Positions 59,042-64,000 of a stretch of 64,000 nt of DNA are shown piece by piece; positions within the stretch are counted from its first letter, which is position 1, and each line of letters opens with the position of its first letter. Below the pieces are notes generated by a model that was not told the DNA's origin, searched no databases, and saw nothing but the letters and a program-made list of their open reading frames with translations. Source of the DNA: a bacterium (lineage in GTDB: Bacteria > Electryoneota > Electryoneia > Electryoneales > Electryoneaceae); the NCBI GenBank assembly GCA_963669175.1, contig OY769902.1, positions 3,456,001 to 3,520,000 of the forward strand, read 5' to 3'. Both the position numbers and the translations under genes were made by a program.

Positions 59042-61923
59042 TAGCGACGACTCCTGGGCAAGGGACGAATGTTTGGTGGTGCGTCCAGAGGCAAAGTATA
59101 ACGGCGCTGAACCCTTACGTCAACTGGTTCGTTATCAATACGTCCAGGTGCAAACTCCGACTGCTCCAACCCGGCAATCAACGCTCTCGCCAGACCTCGT
59201 CCCGGCGGATCCTCCAGGACAACCCTGAAATCACCTGCGTGGCCATCTGCACTGATAACATACCAGAGCAATACTTCGCCGCCCGTTCCGCTGATCACTT
59301 CGGGCGGTAACAGGTTTCTTGCTTCCAATAAATTGGCAAGCGCTTCAGTGCCACCGAAGAGATCCGGTGGTGGATCAACGGCTTCTTCTTCATAGGCTTC
59401 CAGTTCAGCATCGCTCGGTTGTAGAGCCAGCGAATCAACACCACCGCTGTTGTACAGATCAAGCGCATTCAGTTGCTGACCGGCCATCATCGCCTGCTCA
59501 GAACTCGGATAGCGTTGTTGAATATCATCCAGGATTTCACCTGCCGTCTCCGGATCATCCATCTCCCACCCGGCTAGATATGCTGCCGCATAAAGCGAAC
59601 GTGGCGCAAAGGGTGATTCGGGGTAGGTTTCCGCTACCCAGCGATATTTTGAATAGACGTCACTGACATTCATACTGTCATCGAGGAACATGGCCTCCGC
59701 TTCAAGGAAAGCTTCTTCATCAGATGACAATGGACGCGGTGGAATCTCACGTCCCAGTGATTGGGCTGCTTCAAGTCCAATCCTGGTGTCTGCGAAATCA
59801 TTTGCAAGAAGTGTCTGAATTGAATCGCGTTTATCGTATGAAGAATCATATTCTGCAATATACGCCAGAGCTGCATAGGCGCGAGCGCGAACTGTATCCG
59901 CGTTTTGACCAACCAGTAATTCCTGGAATACAACTTCGGCTGAATCTGGCTGACGTAAATTGAACAGGAGAATCTCGCCCAGTTGGAAACGTAAATCCTG
60001 CAATTCGAAACGCATTTGGGCGAGTGAATCCTGTACAGGGGTTGGATCAAACAGGCGAATTGGTTCCGGAACAGGTTCAGGCTCAACCTCTTCAGGCGCT
60101 TCAATGACCAATTCACTACGTTCCTGTTGTATTGTCGAATCCGTTTTCAGGGAGGCAGAATCCAGTTCAACTTCTTCGGCCTGTTCGGCAACAACGACAA
60201 TTGAATCAGCCGGTTGCTCTTCGCCAGGCAAAATCAGCAGTGAATCCTGTTCCTGATCATTTAAGACATGAAGGCTGTCTGTGGCTGATGTGACAGCAGT
60301 ATCAGGCAGAGAAATATCGCCTGGAAGTTCTACACTAACTGAGTCTTCTGCCTGATGCTCAATGGCTAATGAGAAATCTGTTTCATGGATCGGCGGGGCA
60401 ACAGAATCAGCGAGGAGCGGTTCTACACCTCTTTCCCGCCACATTGATGTTGAATCGGACATCCCCGGCAAACCAGGTTCAAATCCCTCACCCGGTCCAT
60501 GATGCTCGCCTCTATGACGACCTCCGCCTTCCCCGGGTTCGGGTAGACGGAAAAGATCCCTTTCCAGTCGCGGCGGCTCCTCACCCGCCCCTGGTTCCAA
60601 TTGTTGCTTCGGCGCTTGTTCGGGTTCCGTTTCTGGGGCAGGTTCCGGTACTGATGAAACAGGAATACTGTCACGGTAGGCCCTTGCCCATAAGATGTTC
60701 AGTTTTAACGAATCTATCGCCAGAGAATCGTAATAGTCAGCTTGAGTGAAGTTGAGGGTATCCTGAGGATCGATGGGATTCCCAAGCCACATTGAAGTAA
60801 AATCCAGTCGTTTCTTTACAATGATACGTTTATGCGCCAAATCATCAACATCATTGAGAGAGGTCAGCAGCGAATCCGCTGTTTTTGCATAAAAACTGCC
60901 AGCCTTCTCTGTCGTTGCCTTGTCCAGTTTTTCTTTGGCAAGATCGCGTTCGCCGGGCGTCATCAGGTGTATCATGCCCATCTCAAAGTATGCACGGGAA
61001 GCTTCATCCGACCTGGAGTGATTGTCAATAACCCGTTGCAGTTCATCCAGCGCTTCTTCTGGATCCCCTAAACGGTATTGAATTATAGCCAGATAAACTC
61101 GAATCTCACCATGTTGTTCGAAATAGCGTTTGTCACGAAGCAAGTCCTGAAATACTTCCCTGGATTCTTCGTAATTCCTGTTTTCAAAAAGAGCACGCCC
61201 GTAGAAGATGTTCACCCGGTAACGAAGCGCTCGCGGCAACTCATACTTCAACGCCATTCCGAAATACTCTTCAGCCTCAGCGTAGCGTTGTTCCCTGAAA
61301 GCTGATTCACCGGCACGCCAATATGCTTCACCTTTTACTTTTGGATCTTTGGTCGTTTCCGTAATGGCGACAAACTCTTCTTCAGCACGCACAAACAGGG
61401 AGTCGATTACATACAGTTCGGCAAGCGCAAAAAGAGCTTCGCTGGTGATTTCCGGGTCATCCGTATCCACCATGAGACCACGCAATGAAGCCGTAGCTTC
61501 CTGCCGGTTCTTCAGTTTTACCAGGGTCTTCCCCAACCAGAGACGACCTTCCTGGTAAAAAGGACTATCCGGATAGTTGGCAATCAGTTCTTCAAACTTG
61601 CGTTTCGCTTTGTGGTATTCTTCCATCCAGTAATAACACTGCCCCATCAGGAACAGAGCGTCGTCGATATACTTCGAATTCGGATAGTACTCGAGTAATA
61701 CTGCACCGGACTCTACGGCCTTATTGTAGCCGGACGCCTTGGAATTCATGTCCGTCGAACGCTCGCGTTCCTTTTCCGCCTCGGAGTAATAATGCTTTAC
61801 GTTGTAAAACGCATTAAAGTAGGCACAACCGGAAAATGCGATAAGAATAGCCAGCAGAATGGATATTCTGATAATGCTTCTTGTGGTCGGGTTTAGTAAC
61901 CTGTTCGACGGCAGTTTCGGCAC
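59041..61923 (-). CDS. TPR lipoprotein (SprE/PorW-like N-terminus) with acidic linker and C-terminal TonB-C-like domain
   Basis: Lipobox FSGC followed by AYFNAFYN; YP.SKYIDDAL; many TPRs; C-terminal VDPPP..FGG..AL...G.V...VISADG...EF.PG.....PV.V. Confidence 0.72.
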   Translation of the reverse strand: MPKLPSNRLLNPTTRSIIRISILLAILIAFSGCAYFNAFYNVKHYYSEAEKERERSTDMNSKASGYNKAVESGAVLLEYYPNSKYIDDALFLMGQCYYWMEEYHKAKRKFEELIANYPDSPFYQEGRLWLGKTLVKLKNRQEATASLRGLMVDTDDPEITSEALFALAELYVIDSLFVRAEEEFVAITETTKDPKVKGEAYWRAGESAFREQRYAEAEEYFGMALKYELPRALRYRVNIFYGRALFENRNYEESREVFQDLLRDKRYFEQHGEIRVYLAIIQYRLGDPEEALDELQRVIDNHSRSDEASRAYFEMGMIHLMTPGERDLAKEKLDKATTEKAGSFYAKTADSLLTSLNDVDDLAHKRIIVKKRLDFTSMWLGNPIDPQDTLNFTQADYYDSLAIDSLKLNILWARAYRDSIPVSSVPEPAPETEPEQAPKQQLEPGAGEEPPRLERDLFRLPEPGEGGGRHRGEHHGPGEGFEPGLPGMSDSTSMWRERGVEPLLADSVAPPIHETDFSLAIEHQAEDSVSVELPGDISLPDTAVTSATDSLHVLNDQEQDSLLILPGEEQPADSIVVVAEQAEEVELDSASLKTDSTIQQERSELVIEAPEEVEPEPVPEPIRLFDPTPVQDSLAQMRFELQDLRFQLGEILLFNLRQPDSAEVVFQELLVGQNADTVRARAYAALAYIAEYDSSYDKRDSIQTLLANDFADTRIGLEAAQSLGREIPPRPLSSDEEAFLEAEAMFLDDSMNVSDVYSKYRWVAETYPESPFAPRSLYAAAYLAGWEMDDPETAGEILDDIQQRYPSSEQAMMAGQQLNALDLYNSGGVDSLALQPSDAELEAYEEEAVDPPPDLFGGTEALANLLEARNLLPPEVISGTGGEVLLWYVISADGHAGDFRVVLEDPPGRGLARALIAGLEQSEFAPGRIDNEPVDVRVQRRYTLPLDAPPNIRPLPRSRR

Positions 61924-61927
61924 CCTG

Positions 61928-62680
61928 CTATCCTTTCAAACATCTAACGGCTTCAACAATTTGTGGCAAAATAACACCGGAAGGCCCCTGGAAAGCAATA
62001 TCGGCGACCGGAGTTAACAATGTCTGCTCAGGGTTGATTTCCACGACATAAGCTCCAACCTGCACTGCCTCAAAGGGCAAAGCAGCTGCCGGATAGACAA
62101 CAGTCGAAGTGCCAATGGACAGGAAAACCTCTGCCTTCTGTGCGACATCCCAGGCGTATTCAATCTCCTTTTGCGGTAACATCTCGCCAAACCACACAAT
62201 ATCCGGTCGAATCATGCCACCGCAATCACACATGGGCAACTCGTCCTGCTCAAAACTCACTTCTTTGACCTGTTTTCCACAGGAGTGGCATTTGTTCCTT
62301 TGGATATTCCCGTGAAGTTCTACCACATTCGTATTTCCTGCGTCGATATGCAGGTTGTCAATGTTTTGCGTAATAATAACAATCTCAGTTAGTAGCGATT
62401 CCAATTCTGCCAGCGCATAATGGCCCGGATTCGGATTAACTTTCGACATGAGATCGCGTCGCCAGTTGTACCATTCCCATACTCGCTTTGGATTCGAGAT
62501 GAAGGCATCTACATTAGCCAACTCTTCAGGGCGGAATTTGTTCCAGAGTCCATCTTCCTCGCGAAACGTCGGAACTCCGCTTTCCTTGCTGACTCCAGCC
62601 CCGGTCAGGACACCAACCAGTTTTGCCTCGAGAAGCTTTTTTGCAAGAGTCTCAATTGCAGCTATTGACTGTTCACTCAT
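61928..62680 (-). CDS. cobB: NAD-dependent protein deacylase (sirtuin class III)
   Basis: LTGAGVSKESGVPTFR, WEWY.WRR, TQNIDNLH, ELHG, RPDIVWFGE, GTS..VYPAA. Confidence 0.93.
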   Translation of the reverse strand: MSEQSIAAIETLAKKLLEAKLVGVLTGAGVSKESGVPTFREEDGLWNKFRPEELANVDAFISNPKRVWEWYNWRRDLMSKVNPNPGHYALAELESLLTEIVIITQNIDNLHIDAGNTNVVELHGNIQRNKCHSCGKQVKEVSFEQDELPMCDCGGMIRPDIVWFGEMLPQKEIEYAWDVAQKAEVFLSIGTSTVVYPAAALPFEAVQVGAYVVEINPEQTLLTPVADIAFQGPSGVILPQIVEAVRCLKG

Positions 62681-62740
62681 CGGACACTAAATTCCTTTCT
62701 CTAAAAAACACAACGCAAAACCAGACGAAAAGGTAGTACC

Positions 62741-62998
62741 ATGCCGCAACATAAGTCATGCGAAAAACGTATGCGGACTTCTGCGAAGGCACGTTCCCGT
62801 AATAGGGCGTATCGCGCGAAGATGAAATGGGCCGTGCGTCACGTGCGTGAAGCCAAGACTCGCGAACAGGGTGAAACAGCCCTGCAAGATGCCGTTAAGG
62901 TGCTTGACCGCCTCGCGGGTAAAGGCATTATTCACAGGAATCGCGCTGCTGATCGCAAGTCCCGGCTGCATGCTTACGTCAAGACGCTGTCCGCGTAA
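62741..62998 (+). CDS. rpsT: 30S ribosomal protein S20
   Basis: PQHKS..KR.R, KGIIH.N.AA.RKSRL; 85 aa, basic. Confidence 0.93.
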   Translation: MPQHKSCEKRMRTSAKARSRNRAYRAKMKWAVRHVREAKTREQGETALQDAVKVLDRLAGKGIIHRNRAADRKSRLHAYVKTLSA

Positions 62999-63025
62999 TA
63001 CGTTTGCCATATCGATTGTACGTAT

Positions 63026-63054
63026 CGGGGAACCATTCTGGTTCCCCGTTTTTT
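63026..63054 (+). terminator. Intrinsic terminator between convergent rpsT and guaB
   Basis: CGGGGAACCA/TGGTTCCCCG perfect stem plus TTTTTT. Confidence 0.8.
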
Positions 63055-63088
63055 ACTCTTCATTGTGAACACTTACAACAGCAATGCC

Positions 63089-64000
63089 CTACCTGAGGCG
63101 ATAGTTTGGCGCTTCTTTGGTAATCATAATGCCATGCGGATGCGATTCCTTCAAACCGGCATTGCTGATTGTCACCAGTTGAGCCGATTCACGGAAAGTC
63201 GCGATATCCTTACAACCGCAATAGCCCATCGCAGCCTTCAAACCACCAACCATCTGGAAGATTGAATCGGCCAAAGGTCCGGTATAGGGAACCCTGCCTT
63301 CAATACCTTCGGGAACCAGTTTGCCGGGATCATGTTCATCTTCCTGGAAATAGCGATCCTTTGATCCCTTCTTCATCGCTGCCAAACTACCCATGCCATA
63401 GAAAGTCTTGAAGGTTCTTCCTTCATAGAGAACCTTCTCCCCCGGGCTTTCTTCCATGCCTGCGAACAGGGAACCAATCATAACCGTACTGGCGCCGGCA
63501 ACCAGCGCCTTGGCAATATCACCAGAATACTTGATTCCACCATCAGCAATGACCGGCACACCATGTTTGTCCGCTTCCTCGGCGCAGTTTAAAATGGCCG
63601 TAACCTGCGGGACACCAACGCCAGCCACGATGCGTGTCGTACAAATACTTCCCGGCCCCACACCGACTTTTACAGCATCGGCGCCGGCCGCGATCAGGTC
63701 ATGTGCTGCCGACGCGGTAACAATGTTTCCGGCAATGATTTGCAATTCCGGGAAAGCGTTGCGAAGTGATTCAACAGTACGCAGGATTCCAATACTGTGA
63801 CCATGCGCGGAATCAACCACAATCACATCTACATTGGCATCAACCAGGGCGGTAACACGTGCAATGGCATCCTTCGTTGCCCCAACCGCAGCCCCGACCC
63901 GCAACCGCCCACGGTCATCCTTGCAGGCATGCGGGAACTGCATACGTTTCTGGATATCTTTTACGGTAATCAGCCCTTTAACTACCCCATGTTCATCGGT
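63089..64000 (-). CDS. guaB: IMP dehydrogenase (5' part outside window)
   Basis: [52 protein letters not shown]; frame open to the window edge. Confidence 0.96.
   Translation of the reverse strand, partial: TDEHGVVKGLITVKDIQKRMQFPHACKDDRGRLRVGAAVGATKDAIARVTALVDANVDVIVVDSAHGHSIGILRTVESLRNAFPELQIIAGNIVTASAAHDLIAAGADAVKVGVGPGSICTTRIVAGVGVPQVTAILNCAEEADKHGVPVIADGGIKYSGDIAKALVAGASTVMIGSLFAGMEESPGEKVLYEGRTFKTFYGMGSLAAMKKGSKDRYFQEDEHDPGKLVPEGIEGRVPYTGPLADSIFQMVGGLKAAMGYCGCKDIATFRESAQLVTISNAGLKESHPHGIMITKEAPNYRLR

Noticed and set aside
1-64000. CRISPR array, tRNA, rRNA, or selenoprotein with in-frame UGA
   Set aside because: No regularly spaced direct repeats, cloverleaf or rRNA signature, or UGA-split conserved ORF was seen by manual reading; a tool-based scan could still find weak cases.

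Overview
Bacterial chromosomal window (~50% GC) from a diderm, most likely an FCB-group lineage. This is inferred from the many secreted proteins ending in a 'YPNPFN...K.VLVK' C-terminal sorting domain, a PorV-like barrel, a long SecA and hprK. Most of it is housekeeping: gdhA, dinB, hflKC, SbcC/SbcD-like pair, cstA, comF, selB, hprK, raiA/hpf, xerC, topA, smg, secA, cdsA, rlpA, pyrK/pyrD, cobB, rpsT and partial guaB. Notable items: (1) a poly-gamma-glutamate locus (pgsB-pgsC-pgsW-like) followed by an uncharacterised signal-peptide protein and an outer-membrane beta-barrel, a candidate polyglutamate export route across an outer membrane; (2) two ~98.5% identical 395-bp non-coding elements with Tn5/IS50-like ends and 10-bp target duplications, each inserted into a REP-like hairpin and carrying an internal inverted pair of covarying hairpins; (3) an IS4/IS701-like element splitting a secreted-protein gene; (4) a TPP riboswitch upstream of a TonB-dependent receptor; (5) a candidate LexA-type operator upstream of the dinB cassette; (6) tandem M14 carboxypeptidase paralogues with identical tracts; (7) a TPR lipoprotein fused to a TonB C-terminal domain; (8) a frameshifted DUF72 gene. 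All family calls come from motif recognition by eye; no database search was run.
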